From Fidelibacterota bacterium (GTDB taxonomy: Bacteria > Fidelibacterota > Marinisomatia > Marinisomatales > UBA2128): DNA of 58,063 bases. Below the pieces are notes generated by a model. The model worked only from the letters and a program-made list of their open reading frames with translations, made no database searches and had not been told where the DNA came from. Of this stretch, positions 1-10,588 are shown one piece after another (position 1 is the stretch's first letter; the number at the start of each line of letters is the position of its first letter). Where the stretch lies: positions 1 to 58,063 of the forward strand of contig JBHHUM010000004.1 in the NCBI GenBank assembly GCA_046861645.1. Direction: 5' to 3'. The translations under genes and the position numbers were made by a program.

Positions 1-1298
1 GCCTCCCACCTGTCCCGGATAAATGCCTTCAATGATTTACCGGAAGTCATAAACTCCTCCTGAATCTGCAGGCTGAATGGTCCCTTGGTGAGGAACTGTT
101 CGGCAAAGGCTTCCAGATAGATGCGTTCGCTGGGAATGCCTATTTGCTCTGCCCGTGTGTCCAACCCCATCAGGCTGAGTTCGAAAAGTTGTTCAAACCA
201 GGTGTGAAACGATTTACCATGGAAGGTAGTCTGCGAGAGGTCGAGGGTTTTTGACTTTTCTACGGCTTCCCGTCGCTCCTTAAGTGACCACGAAGAGGCT
301 AACTCGACTACCTCATCCAGGCAACAGGGCTCCTTCAGCAATCCGGTGATGAAGGCCACCGGTGCCATTTCGTAACCTAAAGGAGGCCGGTCCGGTGTCC
401 GGATCTCTAAAATGTCCTTGAAGCGGACGTGGGTAAAGATCTGGTGCAGTGCTATTAATCCTTCTCTGCTGTGGAGTTCCCGTGTCTTGGCTACAGATTC
501 CAGCCAATCGCCAAGAGTTCCCTCGAAAGGAACTATGGTGTCATTCTCGTCCTGTCCGAAGATGGCTGGAGCTTCAGTCACCAGATGGGTAAAAGCCGTA
601 AGCAGTTCCGCTTGAGTGGTAATGCCGTGGTCCAGTAACCCACCGCAGCGGGCTGGGTCCGTATCCTCCCATATGTCGAATCGCATATTCCGCTTAGCGT
701 TGGGCTTGCCATTCATGAAAGGGGCATTAGCTGTGAGGAGGGACAGGAACGGTTGAAGAACATCAGCGACCAAAGCCAGTTGTGCCGCCTCTTCCGCAGA
801 ACTGTAGTCCAAGTTGAGTTGCAGGCTGGCGGTCATCTTCATCATCCAATGACCGTGGAACCCCGTGGTGCCAAAACGTTCATGCATCAAGTGGTATTTG
901 GTTTGATCAATGATGATAATGTCTTCAGGTTTGTAAAGAGGATCGAGAGCAAAGTCTAGGAGAATAAGGTCTTCCTCTCGGCAGATTTCAAAAAGATTCT
1001 CCTGGTATTTTTGCAACTCCTCGTGGACTTGGTGAAGATCGCGAAAGGGTGAGCCACCAAATTCAATCTGTCCACCCGGCTCCACCGTTAGTGAGGGGAA
1101 AATACCCGCTTCTACGCACCTTTTCTCAAGAGAATCTCTTAGCTCTACAGCAGAGAAGTGCTCACCGGGATTGACTGGAAGCCGCATCAGGTCGGAACGG
1201 TAGACCATGTTTTCCAGCTCCATACCGGCAAGCATTTGAAAGGGTTTCCTCAGGCGAGAGAGGATGGTGTGGGTGAGATGCTGAGTAACGGTACTCAT
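1..1298 (-). CDS. gshA: Glutamate-cysteine ligase (GCS2 / plant-alphaproteobacterial GshA-like), runs off left edge
   Basis: Not in the ORF track. Manual translation from ATG at 1298 gives an open frame to the edge with GMELE, TVEPGGQIE, MMKMTASLQLNLDY, ANAPF, R..IWEDTDPARCG and HVRFKGHLEIRTPD, all GCS2 motifs. Confidence 0.85.
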   Translation of the reverse strand, partial: MSTVTQHLTHTILSRLRKPFQMLAGMELENMVYRSDLMRLPVNPGEHFSAVELRDSLEKRCVEAGIFPSLTVEPGGQIEFGGSPFRDLHQVHEELQKYQENLFEICREEDLILLDFALDPLYKPEDIIIIDQTKYHLMHERFGTTGFHGHWMMKMTASLQLNLDYSSAEEAAQLALVADVLQPFLSLLTANAPFMNGKPNAKRNMRFDIWEDTDPARCGGLLDHGITTQAELLTAFTHLVTEAPAIFGQDENDTIVPFEGTLGDWLESVAKTRELHSREGLIALHQIFTHVRFKDILEIRTPDRPPLGYEMAPVAFITGLLKEPCCLDEVVELASSWSLKERREAVEKSKTLDLSQTTFHGKSFHTWFEQLFELSLMGLDTRAEQIGIPSERIYLEAFAEQFLTKGPFSLQIQEEFMTSGKSLKAFIRDRWE

Positions 1299-1339
1299 AT
1301 TAGTCTTGGGCTCTGGATAAGTGAGTGGAGCGTGGGACA

Positions 1340-1507
1340 TCAATTCTGTTTTCGTCGCTGACGGCGGCGGATCTCCTTCAGATCGGCGCCGTGTCCCCGT
1401 CCATTTTTTTCGAATTGATACCACCACTCGAGCTCCTTTTCAGACCGCTTACTCAAGCGCTGCCACCATCCCAGATCAGTAATAGTGGAGTGTTCTTTCC
1501 GCTTCAT
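1340..1507 (-). CDS. Small basic hypothetical protein (55 aa)
   Basis: Manual translation MKRKEHSTITDLGWWQRLSKRSEKELEWWYQFEKNGRGHGADLKEIRRRQRRKQN. It fills the gap between co-oriented nuoB and gshA and is below the ORF-track cutoff. Confidence 0.5.
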   Translation of the reverse strand: MKRKEHSTITDLGWWQRLSKRSEKELEWWYQFEKNGRGHGADLKEIRRRQRRKQN

Positions 1508-1564
1508 ATAATTTGATAGTTAACGGATAAGTATTAGAGAACCGCGCGAGGAAGGGGTAGACCG

Positions 1565-2098
1565 TTATCCCGCCTTGAGAGCGGGACCTTTTTTTCTGGA
1601 AAAGAGATTTTTCAAGTTGGGTATGACAGTCTCCTGCATGGGACGTTCACCGCGGATTTTTTCCTGGAGATTCAGTAGACCTTCGATGAGGGCCTCCGGC
1701 CGGGGTGGGCAGCCAGGCACGTAAACATCTACGGGCACCACCAGGTCCACACCTTTGAGCACGTGGTATCCATACTGCCAGTAAGGTCCACCACTGGTGG
1801 CGCAACTTCCCATGGCGATGACGTACTTGGGATCAGCCATTTGTTCATAAAGACGTTTTACGCGGAGCGCCATCTTCATGGTGACTGTACCGGCAACTAT
1901 CATGACATCTGACTGTCGCGGTGAGGAACGGGGCATCATCCCGATCCGCTCCAGATCATGACGGGAGGCTGCCGTAGCCATCATCTCAATAGCGCAACAC
2001 GCCAGACCGAATTGAAAGTACCACGGAGAAGTGGATCGAGCCCAATTCAGGAGCTTATTCAAAGGCGCTACGATGATATTTCCAGAACCATCCTTCAT
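1565..2098 (-). CDS. nuoB: NADH-quinone oxidoreductase subunit B
   Basis: [23 protein letters not shown] and [16 protein letters not shown] motifs with the four N2-cluster cysteines. Confidence 0.95.
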   Translation of the reverse strand: MKDGSGNIIVAPLNKLLNWARSTSPWYFQFGLACCAIEMMATAASRHDLERIGMMPRSSPRQSDVMIVAGTVTMKMALRVKRLYEQMADPKYVIAMGSCATSGGPYWQYGYHVLKGVDLVVPVDVYVPGCPPRPEALIEGLLNLQEKIRGERPMQETVIPNLKNLFSRKKGPALKAG

Positions 2099-2216
2099 TT
2101 CTCAGGGCAGGTAATTTAGATACACTCACCCTTTTGACAAACGTGTTTACCATAGAAATTTATTTAGTTTTCTGGATCACTCCCTTTCCCTTTTAAAGCA
2201 TTCCTCCGTAATTTGA

Positions 2217-3941
<1,725 letters not shown>

Positions 3942-3967
3942 GGCAGTATTAAATACTATACACAGAT

Positions 3968-4003
3968 AAAGATGACATCTTTTCAATAGATGTCATCTTT
4001 TTT
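3968..4003. terminator. Bidirectional intrinsic terminator between convergent maeA and dppC
   Basis: Perfect 13-bp inverted repeat AAAGATGACATCT / AGATGTCATCTTT with a 7-nt loop, followed by a T-run. Confidence 0.75.
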
Positions 4004-4005
4004 AT

Positions 4006-5055
4006 CTACCCCCCCTGCCTCGGGTCAATTTTCATCTTCGGATCCAGTGCATCCCGTAGCCCATCACCCAGCAGGTTAAAGCCCAGTACAGTTATAGCGA
4101 TAGCGATGCCGGGGTAAATGCTCATCCACGGAGCCACTCGTAGAAAATCTTTACCGTAGTTGATCATGGCACCCCACGAAGGTGTGGGTGGTTGTGCACC
4201 GAGGCCCAGGAAGGAGAGACTGGCTTCCGCCATGATAGCGCCGGCAATCCCCATGGTATAAGCAACAATAACAGGAGCCAGACAGTTGGGAAGAATATGC
4301 CGGAAAAGAATACGCAGATCGTTAAGTCCCAACACCTGGGCTGCTTGAACATACTCGAGTTCCTTCACGCTCAGGACCTGACCACGTACAACGCGGGCCA
4401 TGGAAGGCCAGCTAACGAAACCAATGGCGAAAAAAACCACGGTCAGGCTTGGTTCAAAAGCAGCGGTGATGCCAATAAGAAAGAGAAGTGCCGGGAAACC
4501 AAACATGATATCTGTCAGGCGCATGATGATGGTATCGACCCATCGGCCGTAATATCCGGCTAAGAGTCCCAGCATCGTCCCGATGAGCAGTGAAAGTGTG
4601 CTGGCGATGAAACCGACCTCTATGGAGATGCGGGCGCCATATATGATTCGTGTGAGAATATCTCTCCCAAAGTTGTCCGTCCCGAGCCAGAAGCGAGGTT
4701 GCCAATGCCATTCGTTTTCAGTTATCCCGTGCAATTGCTTGCGGTGAACAGTAAATGTCCTTCCCAGTAAATCTATGTAGTGAAGTGAGTCCCCGGTTAT
4801 CGTAAAAGACTGTACAGGTAAAAGGGGACTTACCCATAATTCTCCTCTCTTAAGGATTATAACATTTCCCGTAAAGCCCGCTGGCTTCCGCTGATATTCA
4901 AGGATTTGAGTATCAGGATCCATGGGTGTAAGCCAGGGTCCACACAGGGCAATAGAAAGTACCAGTATGACTAAAATAGAACCTACCATGGCCGCCCGGT
5001 TTCTCTTCATCCGTCGCCAGGTATCTGCCCATAGACCCCGTCGAGAATCAGACAT
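4006..5055 (-). CDS. dppC: Peptide/nickel ABC transporter permease (DppC/OppC)
   Basis: LGTDNFGRDI, EYVQAAQVLG EAA loop, SLSFLGLG, FNLLGDGLRDALDPK. Has an extracytoplasmic insertion near the N-terminus. Confidence 0.92.
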   Translation of the reverse strand: MSDSRRGLWADTWRRMKRNRAAMVGSILVILVLSIALCGPWLTPMDPDTQILEYQRKPAGFTGNVIILKRGELWVSPLLPVQSFTITGDSLHYIDLLGRTFTVHRKQLHGITENEWHWQPRFWLGTDNFGRDILTRIIYGARISIEVGFIASTLSLLIGTMLGLLAGYYGRWVDTIIMRLTDIMFGFPALLFLIGITAAFEPSLTVVFFAIGFVSWPSMARVVRGQVLSVKELEYVQAAQVLGLNDLRILFRHILPNCLAPVIVAYTMGIAGAIMAEASLSFLGLGAQPPTPSWGAMINYGKDFLRVAPWMSIYPGIAIAITVLGFNLLGDGLRDALDPKMKIDPRQGG

Positions 5056-5980
5056 TTCGGCGCTCCAGACGTACTTTAGGATCTACTACCCCATAGAGGA
5101 GATCGACGATAAAGTTAGCCAGAATAAAGACTAATGCGGTAAAGAGTACGGTACCCTGAATCACGGGGAAGTCACGTTTCAGAATGGCATCCAGGGCGAA
5201 CCGACCGATCCCTGGCCAGCCAAAGATGGACTCGGTCAGTACGGCACCGGATAAGTAGCTCCCGAAGTCAACCCCGATGATGGTGATGACGGGAATTAAG
5301 GTATTTGGAAAAGCGTGTTTGAGAACCACTTTCCACTCCGGCAGACCTTTTGCCCGTGCCGTGCGGATGTAGTCCTGCTGAAGTACGTCCAGCATAGTGG
5401 CGCGGGTGACCCGTGCCAGGAAAGCCGCAGAGCGGGTACCCAGAGCAATAGCCGGCATGATGAGGTATTCCATCCCCCCGTAACCGGTAGGAGGTAACCA
5501 CTTGAGATTCACGCCTATAATAAGGATAAGGAGCAGACCTACCCAGAATACAGGTGCAGAGATTCCTGTGAGGGCCAAGAGCATCGTACCGCGGTCGAGG
5601 AGAGAATTTGGTTTGAGTGAGGAGATAATACCTACTGATAGCCCCACAGTGATTGATATAATCATTGCTGCCGCTGCCAGAAGCAAGGTGAAAGGGAACT
5701 TTTCCATTAAGTCCGCTGCAACGGGTCGCATAGTGATGAAAGACTTGCCCAGATCCCCTCGGGTAAGATTGCCCAGATAATTTCCGAACTGCTTCCAGAG
5801 AGGGTCATCCAGGTGGAGATTTTGACGTAATTTCTGAATAGTAGCTTCATCGTAGCGCTCACCCACCATGGAGAGAACCGGATCACCGGGCACTACATAC
5901 ATTAGGATAAAGGTAAAAACGATTACCCCCAAGATAACAGGAACCGTCTGCAAGGACCGTCTGATTAGATAGGATAACAT
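5048..5980 (-). CDS. dppB: Peptide/nickel ABC transporter permease (DppB/OppB)
   Basis: PGDP, GDLGKS, DYIRTARAKGL, ESIFGWPGIG, RDFPVIQG. Confidence 0.93.
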   Translation of the reverse strand: MLSYLIRRSLQTVPVILGVIVFTFILMYVVPGDPVLSMVGERYDEATIQKLRQNLHLDDPLWKQFGNYLGNLTRGDLGKSFITMRPVAADLMEKFPFTLLLAAAAMIISITVGLSVGIISSLKPNSLLDRGTMLLALTGISAPVFWVGLLLILIIGVNLKWLPPTGYGGMEYLIMPAIALGTRSAAFLARVTRATMLDVLQQDYIRTARAKGLPEWKVVLKHAFPNTLIPVITIIGVDFGSYLSGAVLTESIFGWPGIGRFALDAILKRDFPVIQGTVLFTALVFILANFIVDLLYGVVDPKVRLERRNV

Positions 5981-6139
5981 AACTACCTTATTATAAACCT
6001 ATACCTCTTCTTTTTACTTCCAGGATAAGTTCCAACATAAAAAGTAATCCATATCGTCTGTTGTGGAAAAAGACGACAGCGACAAACCTTAGAGGCCAGC
6101 TATCGGTTGGATAGTCGGTGGGCGGTTGCTCAGGCTGAT

Positions 6140-7696
6140 TCATTCTGAGAACTCCTTATTGATAGTAGTGTATTGTTGAGCATTGAACATGAGCTTGGGT
6201 TTAAAACCCGAAATCCAAGGCTGTGTTACAACTTGGCTTACGGAGTGCCAGAGGAAAACCCAGGGAGCATCAGCGTAGATCAAACTGTCGACCTCAGAAA
6301 GTAGTCGGTTTCTCTCGGGTGACCCAGCCATAGACTGGATTTTTTCGATCCGGTGGTCCACTTCGTGGTTTCTATAGCGATTACGTTTTACCATGGACTC
6401 AGTAGAATGGAACAGGGGAAAGAGAAAATTCTCCCCATCTGGGTAGTCTGCGTACCAGTCTAGATAATAAGCATCCGGTTTACCTTCCCGTACGGCAGAC
6501 TTGAAGACGTTCCAATCGTTGCGTACAATTTTGGCTTCTACACCTATTGTTTTCCAATATGACTGAAACGCTTCCATCACCTGGGCCAATCCGGAAGCAT
6601 GACTCTGCCATAGCTCTATGGTAAAACCATGAGGATAGCCAGCTTCAGTTAAGAGCTTTAGTGCCTGGTGAGGATCATAGGGATAGGGACGTCGGTTCGG
6701 GTTATATCCAGAGATACCTGGGGGGATTGCCCCATGGGCTAGGGTTCCATCTCCTGACAGCACGAACTGCAGGATTTTTTCGCGGTCTACCGCCAGATTC
6801 ATAGCCTGACGAACACGGGAATCGTTAAATGGTGGCCTGGAGCAGTTCAGTCCAATGTAATAGGTGCTTAGTTCGGGCTGTTCATGGATGAGTCCGGCCC
6901 ATCGTGGGTCCTGCAGCCATACCTCCGTTTCTGCTCCGGGAATACCAAAGATATCCAGATTCCCGGCTTCAAACTCTGCCGATTGTGTCATCTCCTCTGA
7001 GATAATCCGCAACTTGAGTTTCTTCATCTTGGGGGGACCATAGAAGTAATTTTCGTTAGATGAGAAGAGCATATGACCGTCGCGTACCCATTCCTCTAAT
7101 TTCCAGGGGCCCGACCCAGCCGCCGCCAGCGTGAGTTCAACAGAACCGTTTTCTATAGCCCGGTGATTAACAACGGCCATGGCGGGCATAGCCAGAAACT
7201 GAAGGAAGGGTGAAAAAGGTTTTTTTAATCTTATTTCAATCAGAAAACCTTCTTCACCTTCTGGGAGCGAAATTCCAGCAATGTGAGACGTTTCGCCAGC
7301 AAGGAAACGAGATGTGCCGATAATACGGGTGAAGAGCCAACTCTGTGGTCCCTGGGCAGCCCGCTCGAAAGAATAGCGAATATCTTCCGCAGTGATTTCA
7401 GTACCATCGTGGAACCTAAAACCGTGGTGAAGGCGAAACGTATAAGTAAGTTCTCCTTCTGAAATAGTCCAAGACTGGGCAATGCCGGGAATCAATTCTG
7501 TGCTGTCTCCAAAGTGAACGAGGTTATCGTAGGTAAGGGCGATGACCTGCCCGGAGCGGACATCTACAGCCTGAGCCGGATCAAAGCTTTTGATATCTCC
7601 CAACCGGGCAATAACAAGCATGTTGGGGTCCGGCTTCTGCTGGCAGGCGGTCAGCAGCAGTGCCGTCAGAAACAGGTGTGGGAGTGATTTTGACAC
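6140..7696 (-). CDS. dppA: Peptide ABC transporter substrate-binding lipoprotein (SBP family 5)
   Basis: Lipobox LTAC; SFDP, YTFRL..G.RFHDG, GSGPW, PFND.RVRQA. Confidence 0.9.
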   Translation of the reverse strand: MSKSLPHLFLTALLLTACQQKPDPNMLVIARLGDIKSFDPAQAVDVRSGQVIALTYDNLVHFGDSTELIPGIAQSWTISEGELTYTFRLHHGFRFHDGTEITAEDIRYSFERAAQGPQSWLFTRIIGTSRFLAGETSHIAGISLPEGEEGFLIEIRLKKPFSPFLQFLAMPAMAVVNHRAIENGSVELTLAAAGSGPWKLEEWVRDGHMLFSSNENYFYGPPKMKKLKLRIISEEMTQSAEFEAGNLDIFGIPGAETEVWLQDPRWAGLIHEQPELSTYYIGLNCSRPPFNDSRVRQAMNLAVDREKILQFVLSGDGTLAHGAIPPGISGYNPNRRPYPYDPHQALKLLTEAGYPHGFTIELWQSHASGLAQVMEAFQSYWKTIGVEAKIVRNDWNVFKSAVREGKPDAYYLDWYADYPDGENFLFPLFHSTESMVKRNRYRNHEVDHRIEKIQSMAGSPERNRLLSEVDSLIYADAPWVFLWHSVSQVVTQPWISGFKPKLMFNAQQYTTINKEFSE

Positions 7697-7828
7697 GGAC
7701 TGAGTATAGGAGAAATGAGAGTCAATTACAATAGGCCAGAGCCCGATTGTTGAAAATGAGGAAATAGTATTGGAACTGTAATAATGATAAGACGTAAATT
7801 GTAAAAAGCTGAAATTAAGGGGGACAAA

Positions 7829-8173
7829 ATGATATCCAGAAATGTAATACTGGCAGGGATTACACTGTTACTTATCAGTTGTGCTCCACAATCGCAGGCT
7901 GACCGTTTGACCCTCGGAACAGTGCAGTCATCTATCCATATGGGAATGACTGGAGGAGAAGTTCAGGAAGCTCTCGGGGCTCCGAACATTATCTCTAAAA
8001 ACAATGATGGCAACGAAGTGTGGACTTATGATCGTGTATCCAAAGAGGCAGTTAGCCGTGGATTCCTTTTCTGGGGTTCAGAGGAATCTACGCAGCGAAC
8101 CCTCACGGTACTCATCACGTTCGACAACAGTGGCCGTGTCGCTGACTTCACGTATCATTCCACAGAGTTCTAG
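7829..8173 (+). CDS. BamE/SmpA-like lipoprotein
   Basis: Lipobox LISC; GMTGGEVQEALGAP...EVWTY and L.V.FD..G.V pattern of the SmpA/OmlA fold. Confidence 0.65.
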   Translation: MISRNVILAGITLLLISCAPQSQADRLTLGTVQSSIHMGMTGGEVQEALGAPNIISKNNDGNEVWTYDRVSKEAVSRGFLFWGSEESTQRTLTVLITFDNSGRVADFTYHSTEF

Positions 8174-8836
8174 ATGAAGAATTTCAGAGACCCCAAGACC
8201 CGTCTAATGAGGTTTGCCAGCCTCGCTCTCAGGCTATACCTTGTGTCTTTTATTGCTGGTTGTGCCCCAACCAAACCCCCTGCAACTGTCGCTGAAGCGA
8301 GGAGTATGGAGACCCGAACCGTTGATGCGGAGTACAACAAGGTGTTTAAGGCTTCCCTTAATGTCCTTCAGGATCTTTACTATAGTGTGGATTTAGTAGA
8401 AGCAGAAATTGGGTTGATTCAGGCCAGCCGACATACGGAGGGAAAACAGGTAGAAACAGTCGATGAGATGGGTCAAGAACAACCTCCTGATTGGAAGAAG
8501 ATATGTGGAATAGCAGCTGTAACAGTGCTTGTTATTGGTTTAATCACTTTGCTGTTCTCAGGTAGTGACGATGAGGATGATACCGAGGAAAAAGGCAACG
8601 CAGAGCATCATTACTATATACAAGATGATGATGGACCAAGCGGACCTGTTTTGTACAAGTACAAAGTGACAGTGAATCTGGAGGCAGCAGGGGACAGTCA
8701 GACAAAGGTACGTGTCAGTGCCCAGGGGGAACGGTTGGTAGGAGGTAGTGTTGTCGAGGCAGGACCTATTCAAGAGCCAGAATTCTTCCAGCGTTTCTTC
8801 GCCAGTCTGGACAAATCCCTCTTTCTTGAAAACTAA
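8174..8836 (+). CDS. Hypothetical lipoprotein with internal hydrophobic helix
   Basis: Lipobox IAGC; abuts the upstream gene; internal ICGIAAVTVLVIGLITLLF followed by acidic SDDEDDTEE. Start may be 8207. Confidence 0.7.
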   Translation: MKNFRDPKTRLMRFASLALRLYLVSFIAGCAPTKPPATVAEARSMETRTVDAEYNKVFKASLNVLQDLYYSVDLVEAEIGLIQASRHTEGKQVETVDEMGQEQPPDWKKICGIAAVTVLVIGLITLLFSGSDDEDDTEEKGNAEHHYYIQDDDGPSGPVLYKYKVTVNLEAAGDSQTKVRVSAQGERLVGGSVVEAGPIQEPEFFQRFFASLDKSLFLEN

Positions 8837-8913
8837 CGTCTAAACAGATTCTCCCAAGATAGGACTCCAGGGTGAATCAGGTAGATAATAAGTGATTACA
8901 ACTCAGAAAAGAT

Positions 8914-9384
8914 TTATTCACCGATGGCTGCTTCGGGTGGGGTATTAGGTTCCGCAGTAATACGGTACGTCTGTTCAGTCGTTGCCATCTCGCCGTAAGG
9001 GTCTGTGACTATCAGACGAAAGGTATATTCCCCCGGCCCCGCTTCAAAGCTTGTTTTTGCAGCCGTAGGATTATCGATTTTAACCTCTTTACCTTTAATT
9101 TGCTCCCAACGGAATGTCAGCTCATCCTTATCCTGGTCTAAGCCGGAACCACTCAACGTGATGGTCATACTTGCTGTGGCGGGGTTGCCATCATGTTTCA
9201 AAGTATATTTAATGATGGCATCTTCTATAGCCTGATGCCGATCTTGTTCGGCCTGTAAGGCTTCCAGCTTAGCGCGCTCTTCTTGCTCTTGCCGTATCTG
9301 CTGGTTCTTGAAATAAAGGGGACCACCGATGACGAGTATAAGGAGAATAATGAAGAGTACTAATTGACCAAAACCGTTATTCAT
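8914..9384 (-). CDS. Membrane-anchored PKD/Ig-like domain protein
   Basis: N-terminal TM helix, short coiled coil, then TITLSGSG.D.D.DELTFRWEQ..G...GEYTFRLIVTD.YG, a PKD pattern. Confidence 0.7.
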   Translation of the reverse strand: MNNGFGQLVLFIILLILVIGGPLYFKNQQIRQEQEERAKLEALQAEQDRHQAIEDAIIKYTLKHDGNPATASMTITLSGSGLDQDKDELTFRWEQIKGKEVKIDNPTAAKTSFEAGPGEYTFRLIVTDPYGEMATTEQTYRITAEPNTPPEAAIGE

Positions 9385-9514
9385 GTGTCACCTTCCGTAT
9401 AAAATCATTGACCAGTAATTATCTCTGGTTGAATCTGATCCATTCTATACTCAGTTATAAGAAGATACTAACAGTTCTATTTGGTTGCAATCGTTTTTAG
9501 TGTAGGTGGGGATG

Positions 9515-10447
9515 TTACCCCTCGAACCAGAACAGATCAGTATGGTCATGGAACTCCTTGTATAAGCTCTCCATGGAATCAATGACATAGTATCGGTCTT
9601 GGATATCACTGTAGTCGAAACGGGTGAGACATGCTTCTTCTATATCAAAAGGCAGAAAGCGGGAGCTATGTGCTTTCCCCTGGGCACAGAGGATTACATT
9701 GGTTACTTCGTTATAGGAGGAGAGGATTCCAGCGCCATAGATATCATAGTCCATGTCGTTTGGTTTTTTCCGCAGGGAATCCGTGCGGGAAGACTTTTTC
9801 ATTACCCCAAATTCATAAGTCCACCAGGCGAGGTTCTGCAGACGCTTCAGATTGTGAGCGATGAGCTGTGGACCCAGTCCCCGCTCATCTTCAATGAGCT
9901 CAAGACCTAACCGAGCCATTTCCCAAACATAGTGACCATAAGCCTCATCAGTGAGGAAGGGCAAATGTCCGCGCACATCGTGAAAGATATCAGGTTCTGG
10001 CGTATACACATCTTCGTTTTGAATGCGTACGCCGGCGTACTTTTCGTCGAAGCGTCGGCTGGTGCGGATGATATCCGTTACGGGAAATTTGAACTGTGCA
10101 GTGAGAGAGAAAAAGACGTATTCATCAAGGAAGCCAGCGACAGGTGTTACTTGCCACCCGGAGAGTTTCTTCAGCTGAGTTGATAACTCAGTGAAGTCAG
10201 GTATAACCGCATCGTTGAGGTGGAGTGCCGGCAACCCCCGGAGATATTCTTCGGAGGCATATTGATCAAGAAGGGGTGCCAGTTTGTGTGAAAGATGATG
10301 CCAGATTTTATGTTCTTCAGCAGCGATGGAGTGGTAGTTTTGCTCGATCAGGTAGTCGTCTTTTGTGCCAAAAATCCTGATATTGCCAACAGCATGAGGT
10401 TTCACATTGAAGAAAAGATGGTCGTAGTTATTGTAGGCTTCGAACAT
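9515..10447 (-). CDS. phhA: Pterin-dependent aromatic amino-acid hydroxylase (phenylalanine 4-monooxygenase family)
   Basis: YTPEPDIFHDVRGHLP (two Fe-His ligands), WWTYEFG (Glu ligand), IYGAGILSS, Q.RYYVIDS. Substrate not determinable. Confidence 0.85.
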   Translation of the reverse strand: MFEAYNNYDHLFFNVKPHAVGNIRIFGTKDDYLIEQNYHSIAAEEHKIWHHLSHKLAPLLDQYASEEYLRGLPALHLNDAVIPDFTELSTQLKKLSGWQVTPVAGFLDEYVFFSLTAQFKFPVTDIIRTSRRFDEKYAGVRIQNEDVYTPEPDIFHDVRGHLPFLTDEAYGHYVWEMARLGLELIEDERGLGPQLIAHNLKRLQNLAWWTYEFGVMKKSSRTDSLRKKPNDMDYDIYGAGILSSYNEVTNVILCAQGKAHSSRFLPFDIEEACLTRFDYSDIQDRYYVIDSMESLYKEFHDHTDLFWFEG

Positions 10448-10515
10448 GTTAACAATTTACAATAATCGGCAAAAGTCGCAAAAGTTTCGCCCTATAAAAT
10501 TGTTATCCTTTTTTC

Positions 10516-10544
10516 TTGCCATTTTCATCAGGTAATCATAGACT
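10516..10544 (+). promoter_or_regulatory. Candidate sigma70 promoter of the motor-like operon
   Basis: TTGCCA-N17-TAGACT, ending 44 nt upstream of the 10589 start. Confidence 0.5.
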
Positions 10545-10588
10545 TTCACGTGCCATTTGGCTTCCCTTAATCCGGGGCAAAATCCGAG

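Noticed and set aside
313-1516. Short ORF-track entries over the gshA region, and the many 60-150 aa antisense or alternate-frame ORFs across the window
   Set aside because: They are shadows of well-supported genes and carry no recognisable motifs.
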